Part shown: piece by piece, positions 38,897 to 52,201 of the stretch
How positions within the stretch are numbered: position 1 is the first letter of the stretch
How the letters are laid out: every line of letters begins with the position of its first letter
Origin: the human T2T-CHM13v2.0 reference genome, Homo sapiens
NCBI RefSeq assembly: GCF_009914755.1
Contig: NC_060934.1
Length of the DNA: 64,000 nucleotides
Reading direction: 5' to 3' (one strand)
Position numbers and translations under genes: made by a program
The notes under the pieces: model-generated
What the model saw: only the letters and a program-made list of their open reading frames with translations
Database searches by the model: none
Told to the model about the DNA's origin: nothing

Positions 38897-41359
38897 GATA
38901 ATAAGATTTTATAAGTAAATGATACAGATGAAAAGTGCCTCCTGGCCTAGCGTGTCCATGGCGGAGGCTGGAACTCCGATCTTTGGGCTCAGTGCTTCCA
39001 TGCCAAGGTGGGACCAGAGAGAGACTGAGGACTAAAGACATCCACAGAGAAGCAGCTCTGAGCACCTGCGGTGGCCTCCCAAGGCCTGTCACTCACAGCC
39101 TGAACACCATGGACACACTTGCTGCCCATGTGGCCCCTGCAGTGGTGGTAGCTGGCTTGTTTGACTTGTGGCTGGAAGCAAAATTAGGGCCCACGATGCC
39201 ACCTTCTGCACGCAGGCCATGGGCTGGCAGCCAGCAGATGGCAGAGCCTGCCAGAGGTGATTCCAGGGCTTGTGGCCAGGGCAGCACTGGGGCGGCCGGG
39301 GACAGAATTGGGTCTGACTCCAGGAGTGGCTGGCCTGAGTGCTGGAGAGAGCCTCCTCCTCTACCCCTTGGGGTGGTGACCTCTTCGGACAGGAGTCCGC
39401 ACTCCTCTCAATGACCAATGTTTGTGATTCTCATTTTGGCCCCTGCTACATTTGTCCTTACGCAGGGAGAGGAGACCTGGGGCCTTTTCAGCAGGATCAG
39501 CAGGACTCTGCTTCCCCCCGGAGGCAGGAAAAGGAAAAAGCCCCCGCCCAGTGCCCGTCCCATGAGCGACTGCTGCCTCCAGCCACCGTCCAGCTGGATG
39601 CACACCGTGGCTGATGGCCCTGGGTCTAAGCCCTCTAAGATCTGGGAGAAGTGTCCCCCAGCCAGGGTGTGGGTTTATGGCTGCAAAGCAGCTCCCTAGG
39701 GTGACCCTGGGCAGAGGAGTAGGCGAGGCTGGGAATGCTGCAGGTGGGGACAGTGCCTCAGTGCTGATGGGCCCTTCCTTCACTCAGCCTCCCATGGAGA
39801 CCCCAGGTTGTGGTGCCCAGGCCCTGGGGCTGCAGCCCTGAACCTCTTCTCCAGGGAAGCCTTTGCCTAAGAACTACACAAATACCTCCAGAACAGGATG
39901 TGAGAGGCCCAAAAGGGCCAGGCCAGACCTCCCTGAGGAGGTGGCAGGAGGTTGGGCCCTGAGGGGTGAGAGGAACCTCAGGCAGAAGGGAACCCGGGTA
40001 GCAGGGCTCCACGGTGGAGGGAGGGGCTCCGCAGGCTGCAGTCAGGGTGGGAGGGCCCTGCACAGTATGTGGGGCCAGGAGGAGTGCAGGGGAGGTTTTG
40101 GGCTGTCAGTGTGGGGGAATGAGGCCGGGCCTGGCCAGCTCCATTCTGGCCCCACTTTCTCCATCTGAAGGAGCCCGCTGCATCCTCCTGTGCTGCCAGG
40201 CACCTGTCTCTCAGGCCTCCTCATCTGAGTCCATCAGGAAAATGAGAATAATCCAGTCGAGGTAGTGGGACTGCCAGCTGGGGTCCCTGCAGGCCCTAGC
40301 CTGATCCCTGCTCTGACTAGCACGGGCTCCAGTGGGGAGCTGCACCCTGCCTCCTCAAGGAAAAATCCAGCCAGGGAGCAGCCCTGCCCTCCCTCCCTAG
40401 GGACTTTGTTTAGACCAAATTGGTAGGAGGGTGGGGAAGGTGGACAAAATGTGGCAGGCCCTCCCCTCCCCAAGCAAAGCCCCAACTCCCGGGCTCTGGG
40501 CAGACTAGCCGTGGGGTCCTAGAGAGCGCCTGCCCGCCTGCCCCTCTTCCTGCCTGAGCCCTGGACCTTTATTTCATGCCCAAGTGGCTGTGAGAGTGAC
40601 AGGAGGTCCAGGCCCTGTCCCTAGGGAAATATCTCTTTACAAGGGTCTGGGGCGGGAGTGACAGTCCTGTCTGCCCTGTTACCCCCTCCACCACATGGCC
40701 TTCTCTCAGCTTATAGAGTTAGTTGCAGCCTCCCTAAGGGCAGGCAGGCCACCAAGAAAGGTTCAGAAATGCTTGCTGAGTGAATTGCTGAGTGGACAGG
40801 GTGCAGCCAGGAGTGGAGAAGCTCAGTGTCTCTCATTCATGCCTGGGAAAGTTCTCTGCCCAAGGCCACTGGGTGGGCCTGGCATGATGACAGGTACAGA
40901 CTGGGGGCCTGGCCTGGGCATTGCTCCCAAATGCGCTCACTTCTGCACTCTCCGGCCTCCGGGCCTCTGCTCATGCTGGAGCACCCACTCCACCCCCACC
41001 CCAGTACTGCCTGTACCCACCTCCTTCACAAACGCCAGTTCCTCTATCAAGAGTCCCTGGCTAGAGCCTTCACAACTGCTCCGCTCCCAGGGTTTCTACT
41101 CAAGGGCAGTCCTCGTCTCAGTCACCTTGGAGCTTTCACTGCTTGGAATGGGACTTGACACCCAGTCATTGCTCAGCTAATCTTTGTCCACTAAGGACAA
41201 ACAAGAAACACCCAAATGGCACTCGCCATGTACCAGGCACTGTTCTAAGTGCTTTATATGTGGTAACTTGTTTACTCCTCACAACCATCCTATGAGGTAG
41301 GTGTTTGTATCACTCCCATTTTGCAGATGAAGACACTGAGGCAAAGGGCAGTCAAATGA

Positions 41360-42251
<892 letters not shown>

Positions 42252-43859
42252 GGGACACCCAAGGTCACCCAGTCAGTAAATGGCAAAGATCCAGCCTCAG
42301 CCCCCGTGGGGGCTGCGAGGCTGCCTCCTGGGGATGACGTTTCCTGGTGCAGCCAGATGGATGCCCGTGTCACTGCCAGGAGACACCTACTGGAATGGGC
42401 AGCTGCTCCCTAGGCCAAGCCCATCAGATGAAGTGCCACCATCCTCAGTGTGGCCTTTTCATCCTTTTCCACCCTCCTGGACTCGGGTCTTCTGCCCACT
42501 CTACCTGACACCAGTGGGTTTGATTTCCCTGAGTGCAGCAAATTTGGGCTCAGCAACTGTTTGTAGAATGACCACTCTGCTACAAGGACCCCAGAGACAG
42601 GCACAGTTTCTTCAAGACCCTGGGCGCCACTTTCCTCCCCCAAGCCTGTTTCCTGCTCTGGGAAATGAGCTGACTTGCTCATGTCACATGGCGTGATGTC
42701 TGGTAGGGACGCTGGGTTGCTTCTGAACCATGTCAACAGTCTATTTACCTGATTCTTGGCATGGCTGTGTGCCTGCTCCAGACGCCAGGTGACTTTGTCT
42801 GGGCAATGTGGGGTGGGGATGAGGTTACAGGCAGGTCGGGTGTGTGCTCCTTGTCCCTGGAGCAGTTTTTTTTTCTCTGGACCTGGGAGCAGCAAGGGAC
42901 AAGGCTATAAGCTAGTGGAGCCAGGGAGCTGGGATGCAGTGGCGCGTTCTGCCACCTGACAAGTGGGTGGGGGACACTTGTCAAAGCCTTTTTTGCTGCA
43001 GTCAGAGCGTGCATCCCACCTCCTCTGGCTCACGGCCAAGCCACACAGGGAGGGCAGGGGGGATGAGGTGGGTGAATGGGGGTGCCTGCAACGCCTCTGC
43101 CAACCGCAGCTAACAAGTGGCGGCTTGCACACCAGGGCAGGCAGTGGTGACCCTGGGCAGGGGCAGCCAATGAGCTCCCGGGCCACGGTGGCACCACCGG
43201 GCAGCCCGCCTGTCTTTGGCTGGCGCAGCCGCGGGAGGGGCCTGGGTCCGCCAGTCAGGGCTGCCGGGCCCTGTCTCTGGGAGGCCTGGGCAGATCTGCC
43301 GCTCCATTCACAGGAGCCCGACCCGACTTGGGCTGCCACATTTTAAACTTTTTCAACCTCCTGGAGAGGAGGGCGGGCTGCGGGGGCGGTTTGGGGGAGG
43401 ATGGTGGGAAGGACGATGGAAACAAACTCGCAACACTTTTCCCAGGATCTGGCTCCTGAGTGGGATCGAGCTCCAGGCTGGGGCCGGGAATTTCGAATGC
43501 TCTGCGGGCACATGGCAGGCCTGAGGGTGTGGGGGGGAGGGATTGGGAGAGGGAAAAGCAGAGGGTGATGGTCGTGGCCCAGATGCCCAGCCAGGACTGG
43601 CGCTGGGGACCCCAGGGACCCAGACTGCTCAGGTCCTGCAGCCCCCCAGTCACCTGAGCACCCCTCTGCCTGGATGGAGTTAGTTCTGGAACAGCATGTG
43701 TGGCTTAAGTGGCTGTTAGCCAGGGCCAGGGGTCGGGGGAAATTCAGGCTCATCATCTAGAGCTCCTTGTGGCACAGGCTGGACAGTGTCAGCAGCAGCA
43801 GGGGCTTGTGCCCCCTCCCCCCCACCCCTTAGGCCTCCCTGCTCAATGCAGACCCACCA

Positions 43860-43900
43860 CGGCCAGTCACATAATAAACATATATTAACAGATGTACAAT
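43860..43900 (-). terminator. Putative DNAJB12 polyadenylation region with non-canonical AATATA (43881-43886)
   Basis: Minus strand reads TGTACATCTGTTAATATATGTTTATTATGTGACTGGCCGTGGTGGGTC: UGUA motif, AATATA, then GU-rich sequence. I found no minus-strand AATAAA in the UTR. Confidence 0.45.
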
Positions 43901-45617
43901 TTGAGAATTCTAATTCAAGAAATACAGCTTCCAGAGGATCCTTTAGGATCTATGTTCTTATTGCACATGGCTCAGCCCGTCTAGGGACATCTACCAAGAC
44001 CAGATGGTCGGGGCGTGGGGGCAGAGCACCGGGGCCACAGTGGGTAGGCACTCTGGCCACATCAGTTCTTATAATCTCTCTGGGCTGAAGTGGCTGCTTC
44101 ATTGCAGGGTTGGACCTTGTTTAAAAACCAGATTTGACATTTCCTTACCGAACTTCCTTTCCCAGCAAGAATCCTATTTGTTGGGGGACTTTTAAAAAAA
44201 GAGCCGAGAGAAACTCTGGGAGGGTGGTTATCACCTCCTGGCTGGCAGCTTGGGGAAGTAAGGCTTTGGAAGACGGCGGGCGCAATGACACACCCACCGC
44301 CACAGGAAAACATGGTCATTCCAGAAGGCCCAGGAGAAACTGTGGGAATAAATAAAACCTCCCTCCTCCCACTGGCGGCAAGTGCTGTTTTAAGCAAAAT
44401 CCTCATTTCAATGTGAGGGTAAGAAAACTATTCTGGTTCAGGTGTATCCTTTGTCCAAGGTACGAGAGGAGGCCTGGCGGTCACATCAACAGCGAGTGAA
44501 GACAGAGGCAGCCACGGGCACTGCCTTTTCTTCAGGAGTCGAGGAGGCTGCCCTGGGGTCCCGGCACCACTGACTGACTCGGAGGAAGAACTTTCTGAAG
44601 TCCTTGGTGCATGACTTAGGAAAAACCAGTGGCAATGATGGAGCTGTGCCCTGTGGCACCTATAAGGCAAAGCCCACTGAGGGACTTAGGGGTGGGGAAA
44701 TGGTTAGGTAGATCCTGGCCCCCTCTGCAGGCCTTCCCTTCTGTGGGCAGGGGGCTGGAGGGCTCCTGGGCACCAGGACAAAGAGCCCACCAGCGCTGCT
44801 GAGAGGGGAGAGGTGGTCTCACCCAAGCAGGTCCTTGTGGGGCCTCTACTGTGACTCAATACTGACCTGGCACCTGCCTCCATGGCCTGCTCCTCTCCAG
44901 GTTAACCATAATCCTGAGGCCTTCGCGGGTTCACACTATCATGATTACTGCTGCCATCAAAACCAGGCTGGGGTTTCGGGGGGCTGTGAAAAGCTCTGAT
45001 GCGACTCTCCTTATGCTGTCAGCTACAGCTAATGTCTAGCAAAAACATCACCAGGGTACCTTCCCCAAACAGGCCTCATTTTCTAAAACATGGAAGAAAT
45101 CAGCTCAACAACTTAACCAAATCCCTGCAGAGTTTAAAAAGTAGACTATATATATATATCTTCATATATGCCTATTTACATATAAATAGATATATATACA
45201 TATACACGCATCTATAAATTACATTCTATGGAGAGTTCTCTTTCTTCCTCCTATCTTTGGCCAGGGCCTCTGGCTTCTCCTGAGAGGTGGCTGGTGGTGG
45301 CTCCTGTGAGGGAGGAAAGGCAGCTGGGTGCCCCCTCCCCCAGCCCTTCCCACTGATATCTGCTGCGAGTTTTACATTCTACTTTCGTTGCCATGGTTTC
45401 TGTATCCTAGGAGAGAGGCGATGCGGAGCCTCCGCCAGCCCTGCGAGGGAGGGAAGCAGCCCCATGGCAGGTTTTCTGTCTGTCCTAAGAGCTTTCTGCA
45501 TTTACTGGGTGAGAGAGAGGGCAGCTGTGCAGCGTTCGGCCTCCAATTCCATTTTAATTTTGTTTCTTTGTTTGTCTTTCCTCAAATATACAGTCCATCA
45601 CCTTGGCTCAGTGCATG

Positions 45618-45647
45618 TCACCAAAAATTCTCCAGGGATTTCATAGT
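45618..45647 (-). CDS. DNAJB12: Alternative DNAJB12 C-terminus TMKSLENFW-stop at the start of exon 9, used if exon 8 is spliced at the internal donor after 46864
   Basis: Acceptor ctctcctccccAG at 45648-45649. The internal donor GAG|GTGCAG falls on a codon boundary, giving ...RLSE-TMKSLENFW*. Confidence 0.7.
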   Translation of the reverse strand, partial: TMKSLENFW

Positions 45648-46610
45648 CTGGGGAGGAGAGTGGCAACAGTTAGCTCGGCATTCAGGCGGCACCGGCTCCT
45701 CTAGCTTATGCCACACAAGTAGCCCCCCTTGCCACTGCACCGCTGCACCGTGCTGCCCGCTCGACCCCCACCAACCCCACTTGCGGCCTGCCCTCCTGCG
45801 GCAGCACAGAGGCAGGCACAAATGGCCTCCAGGCAGAGTCAGCCATGGATCCAGGCCGGGAGGACACAGGCAAAGGAGGGGGTGGGCAGGGCACCCACAC
45901 AGAGAAGAACCTTCACTGCTTCTGCCCACACTTCTCCGGGCTTGGCTGAAGTGGCCACCTCTGGCAAACGCTGGGAACAGAGCCCAGCGCCCCCATTCGC
46001 CGGGCTGCAGAAGGAGGGAGCCTGCTACCAGCAACTCTCATTTCCCCTCCACCCCTCCTGTGCTGAGCGGCTGCGTCTGACCCTGAACTCATGACCTTCT
46101 GTTCCCTTCCTCAGACCGCAGGCGAGATGCCTGGGCAAGGCCGGATGCCTGTGGCTTCCAGGCTGCCAGGTGTGACGGCATTCGAGAGAGTGCCTCAGAT
46201 CCCACCAGAGGGGGGTGGTCAGGGCCCGCGGCCCCTGCCGCCACCAAGACTGCCAGCTCCCACCCACCTCGTGGCTGCCTGTTCATCTTGCTCCATTTCC
46301 TCCTAGCTGGAGGGATGGAGAAAGGGGAGGGCTCTTGGCCCACCTATTCCCACATGGTTCTTCCTGGTATCAGGCAGGCAGTGTGCATATGGGGCTCTCT
46401 TGGGCCCCACCATATGTGATGGCCTAAATACCAGGGCACGGACAATAGTCTGCTGTGCTGGAGAAAGGGCCGTGCTGACTGATGGCTGGAGTGGACCAAG
46501 AAGCCCCGGGTGGCCCTCAGCAACAGTTTCAAGTTCCCACTCTGCCTGGTTCTGGGGTCCCCCACACCCCTGGAGCCAGGGAGCAGAGCGGAGGAGTGGG
46601 GAGGACAGCA

Positions 46611-46624
46611 TCGCTAGAGGGCGG
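46611..46624 (+). promoter_or_regulatory. Candidate CTCF site in DNAJB12 last intron
   Basis: TCGCTAGAGGGCGG resembles the CTCF core. Confidence 0.45.
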
Positions 46625-46839
46625 AAACCGACCTTGGTTTCCCAGCAGGCCCCACAGCTGCTCGGTCTCTGGAGGCTGGAGGTCAGGCTGGGGACAGGAG
46701 TCTTTGCCACAATCACCAGGCTTCCTCCCTTTCTCCCCCTCCCTCCTCTGCTCATGACCAGGGCCAAAGCTGCCAGGAGTTGCAGGGTGGAGGCAGCCCT
46801 GGCTCATACTTGGACCTCGGTGGTGTGGCTGGCCCAGGA

Positions 46840-46961
46840 CTATCCATGCAGGGAGGCCTGCACCTCTGACAGTCGGCTGCAGCTGGGGGTGCCCATCTTC
46901 TGTGCTCTGTGGTACATATCTGTGTCGCCAAAGTAGCGTGCCCGGTACAGCAAGCCTTCCT
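46840..46961 (-). CDS. DNAJB12: DNAJB12 last coding exon 8 (KEGLLYRARYFGD...SRLSEVQASLHG-stop)
   Basis: Acceptor tttgcAG, TAG stop at 46840-46842. Exons 2-8 sum to 995 nt, which with a 133-nt exon 1 CDS gives the 375-aa protein. Confidence 0.97.
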
Positions 46962-47553
46962 CTGCAAAGCAATGGGACAGGGTTAGTGCACACCCAGTAC
47001 CTCCCGAAGCCTGCAAGGAAGCCTGCGAGGGCTGTGGAGGGCGGAGGAAAGCTGGTACATGCCCGGGGCTTGGGCAGGGCTGGCCTCCCATTAGGAAGAC
47101 CATGGAGGAGCAGAGACTACAGTCCTTATGTGGGCGAGGGTGACAGAGGCGCCTTTCTCTAGAATGCAGTGAGGCCAGCCAAGGTGAGACCCTGTCATCC
47201 TGGTCAGGCCTCCCCAGGGTCCCACAGACAGATCCAGGAGCACAGTCAGGGGGTGGCCAGGGATCCATCCGCTCCAGTCCATCTCTACACACTCACCTCT
47301 GGCAGCCAACATGCTGGGCTGATGGCAGTGATTTACGGGAACCTGAGGAAACTACCAGGTGGCCCCTGGCTCCCAGCCCCGGAGAAACACAGGAGTGGAG
47401 ACCAGCTCTTGTCTGGGAGGTGGCTGGTGCAGGGCAGTGCCAGGGGCTGGGCCCTCAGAGCACAGGGTGAGCAGGGCTCTCTCCTTCCCCTGCTTTCCAG
47501 CTTCATCCCAAGCCACCTCCCAAATACAGCCCCCGCCTTCCCCCCACACTCAC

Positions 47554-47726
47554 TCTGCTGCTTCTCCTTCCAGCAGTTGTTCCGGAGGTTGGCGATATAA
47601 TCATCTTCCACATTCCGCTCGACTGTTTTGAGGCTGGAGCCTGTGTACTCTTCGGAGAAAGTGTCTCCCACATAGTAGACGACACCCAGGTGGTCAGTGA
47701 CTCGCCTGTGGATGTGGCCCACGGAC
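47554..47726 (-). CDS. DNAJB12: DNAJB12 coding exon 7, lumenal DUF1977 region (SVGHIHRRVTDHLGVVYYVGD...NNCWKEKQQ), 173 nt
   Basis: Lies within ORF 47333..47779. Acceptor ggccAG, donor GTGAGT. Phases consistent with neighbours. Confidence 0.97.
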
Positions 47727-48887
47727 CTGGCCAGAAATACCAGGTTCAAAGTGGGTGCGGGTCCCCATGCCCAGGGCACTCTAGGGGTATGGGCCCCAAG
47801 ACAGGAGGTGCCGCACAGACCAGAGGAGTAGTTGGTTCCCTCTCAAACCAGAGCAGGGACCCGCACACTCCCTGAAAGGAGAGTCTGAGGAAAAGGCAGC
47901 GTCCTCCCACACACGTGGCCCAGACCGCAGGACGCCCTGCCTTTAGATCCCTGCTTACCACACTGCTGACCTGGGGCCTTTGGGGAGAGGCCTGGTCTAG
48001 GGAACTGGAGACCTGAGAGGGAATCTGGGCTCTGCCTCTGTGCCTCCATCTCCCCATTCATCCCCTAAGCCAATTGTTGCTGAGTGCTTGCCTGCCTATC
48101 TAGGAGTTCCCAGTGTAGGGTTAAGAGGCTTAGGAACAAAATGACAGGAAGGGCTCCAGGGAGCCTTATCCTCCCAGCTCCAATCACAGGCTCTGTCAGC
48201 TGTGGGAAGAGCCTTGACACCCAGACAGGACCAGTGCTCTGGGGACAACAGTCCCTGCCCTAGTCCTCTGCTCCTCACATCTCTCCAGTTGCAGGGAAAA
48301 GGGCTGGCATCTGGCCACAGGGAGCCTGAGCCGGCGGCCAGGGTCCAGTGGACCGACTCTGCCCCCTGCTGGCTGAGAAGGGTCCTGCCAGCTCCCAGCC
48401 AGAGGTGGCCACCTTTTGGGAGAGGGGGACCCACCCCACTGAAGATGTGCACCCACTGTGTAGCTGACCCTGGGCCAGGTGCTGGACATCAGTGAGGGGA
48501 GCTGACCCCCTAACGGCTCATGAAATGTCCTCAAGTTCACTCCTGGCAGTCGAGACTAAGCATTCATTAAACTAATATTGTTGAGCATTTCTAGTGGGCC
48601 AGACATTTTATATGCATTACTCATTAATTTCCACAGCAGGTGGATGTTATAATTCCCATTTTATAGATGAGGAAACCAAGGTTATATAACTTGTTTAGGG
48701 TCACACAGCTTCTTAGTGGAGAAGCTGGGATTCTAAGCCATGCTTGCTCTGTCTGACTCTAGTGCCCTGTTCTTTCCACAGCCTCAGGAAGCCCAACCAG
48801 AGCCGAGGAGCAGAGGTTCTTCGTCAGGGTTGGCAGGGGAGATGGGCAGGGAAGAGTCACAAAGCCGCCGAAATTATATGCAAAACT

Positions 48888-49000
48888 CTGTGTGTATATG
48901 TGTGCGTGTATGTGTGCATGTGTATTATGTGTGTGCATGTATTGTGTGTGTGTGTACATGTGTATCGTGTGTGTGTATGTGTGTGTGCACATGTGTGCAT
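48888..49000. repeat. Imperfect (TG)n / purine-pyrimidine alternating tract in DNAJB12 intron 6
   Basis: Seen directly. Confidence 0.9.
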
Positions 49001-49231
49001 AGTTTTAGGGAAAAGTTCTGTAGCTCTCGCTGCAATTTCTTAGGGGACCATAATCCTAAAAAGCTTAAGAGTCCTAGTTGAATAGAGAAAGTATATTTTC
49101 TTGATTCGAAGCCAGGTTTCTGCATTATGATCGCACACTGGCTGGATCAGGATGGGAAAGAAGGCCCCTGATGGGGCTGAGAATTTAAAGCCCCTTGTCT
49201 GCCCATGGCCCGGCCTCACCCATGTACTCAC

Positions 49232-49341
49232 GGTCTTGGACTCAGACTGTAGGGTGGACTGGAGACCATGAGCTGGCTGAGAGCTGACACGAGAATCAGG
49301 ATGAGGATAGGCATCAGCTGCACAAACACCCCTAGCCCGCC
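49232..49341 (-). CDS. DNAJB12: DNAJB12 coding exon 6, transmembrane segment ([37 protein letters not shown]), 110 nt
   Basis: Manual translation gives a hydrophobic helix. Acceptor ccctccAG, donor GTGAGT. Not present in the ORF track. Confidence 0.96.
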
Positions 49342-50347
49342 CTGGAGGGAAGAGCCAATGTCACTCTGCTGGACCTGGGTGGGGTGTGGTGTCAGCCATA
49401 ATCACCACTAGCTCCCCTAGAATAGTGGAGCCTGGGGAGACATGACACCACTCTGCCGTTCCCTCCACGAGGCTCCAAAACACAGACGCTCCTTCACCTG
49501 CCAGCTTTCCCAGATAAAAACAAAGCAGCAACTGGTGTGAAATACAGGAGGAAGTGAGGTGTCTGCATTTACTTTTGACAGAATGCCAAAAAAAAAAAAA
49601 AATCAGCAAAAGTTGCTTCCTCCAGGAGAATGGAAGGCAGGGCTGGAAGGAGACATGCAGTATATACAAGTTTTTGAGATGTGAACCACACAAATATATT
49701 ACCAATTTAAACATTATGGCCAGTGTGGCGGCTCATGCCTGTAATCCCAACACTTTGGGAGACCAACATGAGAGGAACACGTGAGGCCAGGAGTTCAAGA
49801 CCAGTCTGGCCAACATACACCCCCATCTCTACAAAAAATAATAATTAAAACAAAATAAAAATTAGAAATAGCACTGGTTCTAGGGTGCAGAAAAAGCAAA
49901 CAAACAAAAAAAGAAGAATTAGAAATAAAAATTAACAAATATATTCACTGTGTGATAATCTGTGATGTTAAACTCTTCTGTTGTTAGATACAAAATAAAA
50001 AAATTTTGATCAGGGGCAATGGCTCATGCCTGTAATCCCAGCACTGTGGGAGGCTGAGGCAGGAGGACCACTTGAGCCCAAGAGTTTGAGACCAGCCTGT
50101 GCTCAAACAGCAAAGTAAGACCCTATCTCTACAAAAAATACAAAAAATTAGCTGGGTGTGGTGGTGTGGGCCTGTGGTCCCAGCTACTGGGGAGCCTGAG
50201 GTGGGAGCTTTGCCTGGGAGGGGAGGCTCCTGCACTCTAGCCAGGGTGACAGAACGAGACCCTGTCTCAAAAAAAAAAAAAAAAAGGCCGGCATGGTGGC
50301 TCACGCCTGTAATCCCAGCACTTTGGGAGGAAGGGGCAGGCAGATCA

Positions 50348-50785
<438 letters not shown>

Positions 50786-51214
50786 CTAGGATGGAGTGCA
50801 GTGGCACGATCTCGGCTCAACACAACCTCTGCCTCCTGGGTTCAAGTGATTCTCATGCCTCAGCTTCCCGAGTAGGGATTAAAGGCGCCTGCCACTACGC
50901 CCAGCTAATTTTTGTATGTTTAGTAGAGACGGGGTTTCACCATGTTGGCCAGACTGCTCTCAAACTCCTGACCTCAGGTGATCTACCCACCTTGGCCTCC
51001 CAAATTTTTGTAAATATCTTTTTAAAAGTATCTTTTGGCTTTTTAGCAAGAAGAGTCGGCACCTATGTTGTCATCCTTTAAAATTCTCTCAGTGGCAGAG
51101 CGCAGTGGCTCACGCCCATAATCCCAGCACTTTGGGAGGCTGAGGCGGGTGAATCACCAGAGGTCAGGAGTTCAAGGCCAGCCTGGCCAACATGGTGAAA
51201 CCCCATCTCTACTA

Positions 51215-51493
<279 letters not shown>

Positions 51494-51634
51494 TCACTTT
51501 GGCCTTACCAGCGAGCGGTCTGCATGGGAGCCTCACACTCAAACCTGGCTGCGGGTGGGGTTTCTGGTTCCACTCCCCAGCCAGGCCAGCAAAGCCGCGC
51601 TCCCGCCGGCAATGTGGAGCATGGCTCCCTCGTG

Positions 51635-51653
51635 TGGCGCCCTCTGGTGTCAC
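51635..51653 (-). promoter_or_regulatory. Candidate CTCF site in DNAJB12 intron 5
   Basis: Minus strand GTGACACCAGAGGGCGCCA, close to the CTCF core CCACCAGRKGGCGC. Confidence 0.6.
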
Positions 51654-51819
51654 TCAGCAGAATGGCAAGGGAGGCCCAGAGGGCTCCTTGGCTGAGAGTT
51701 ATGGGGACTCTGCTGGTCCCAGAATGGACAGTGTGGGAGGGAACACCCTCCTCCAAGCCCCCTCCCTGGGGTGGATTTGGTGCCCTTCCCGCGCTGTCCC
51801 TGGCGCCCTCCTCACTCAC

Positions 51820-51899
51820 ATCACCCTGGTTGTCCCTGCGGTCCTGCCTTTGCTGGTAGGTATAGCGCATGCGGCCGTTGCTGTAGACGTGGACGTTAC
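51820..51899 (-). CDS. DNAJB12: DNAJB12 coding exon 5 (SNVHVYSNGRMRYTYQQRQDRRDNQGD), 80 nt
   Basis: In frame after a 116-nt intron. Acceptor ccccAG, donor GTGAGT. Overlaps ORF 51505..51870. Confidence 0.96.
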
Positions 51900-52015
51900 C
51901 TGGGGGTCAGAGGGACTGAGTCAGGAGCCAGGTCTGTTGGGAAAGGGAGAGGCTGGCATGCCATTCCCACCATCACCCCAGGGATACCTGGCTGTGGGGA
52001 GGGTGGGGAACTTAC

Positions 52016-52201
52016 TAGAAGGGAAGCCGCCGCCAAAGAACATGTTGAAGAGGTCTTCAGGGGAGATGTCGGCCTCAAAGCCACGGTGGAAATCCCCATG
52101 CCCATGGCCGTGCCGGGCCGCCTGGCTCTTGTCATCGCCGAACTGGTCATACTGCTTCCTCTTCTCCGGGTTGCTGAGTACCGCATATGCTGTGCCAATG
52201 G
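52016..52201 (-). CDS. DNAJB12: DNAJB12 coding exon 4, end of J-domain and G/F-rich region (AIGTAYAVLSNPEKRKQYDQFG...PEDLFNMFFGGGFPS), 186 nt
   Basis: Manual translation continues the J-domain in frame. Acceptor ctccAG, donor GTAAGT. Confidence 0.97.

Larger units (their letters stand above)
43860..45647 (-). other. DNAJB12: DNAJB12 terminal exon 9 / 3' UTR (3' end approximate)
   Basis: Acceptor at 45648. Repeat-free sequence with AU-rich and Pumilio motifs, ending in an AT-rich block with a variant poly(A) hexamer followed by GU-rich sequence. Confidence 0.7.

Noticed and set aside
45328-46936. Plus-strand ORFs of 250 aa and 178 aa
   Set aside because: Antisense to the DNAJB12 last intron and UTR, with low-complexity Pro/Arg/Gly/Ser-rich content typical of GC-rich non-coding DNA.
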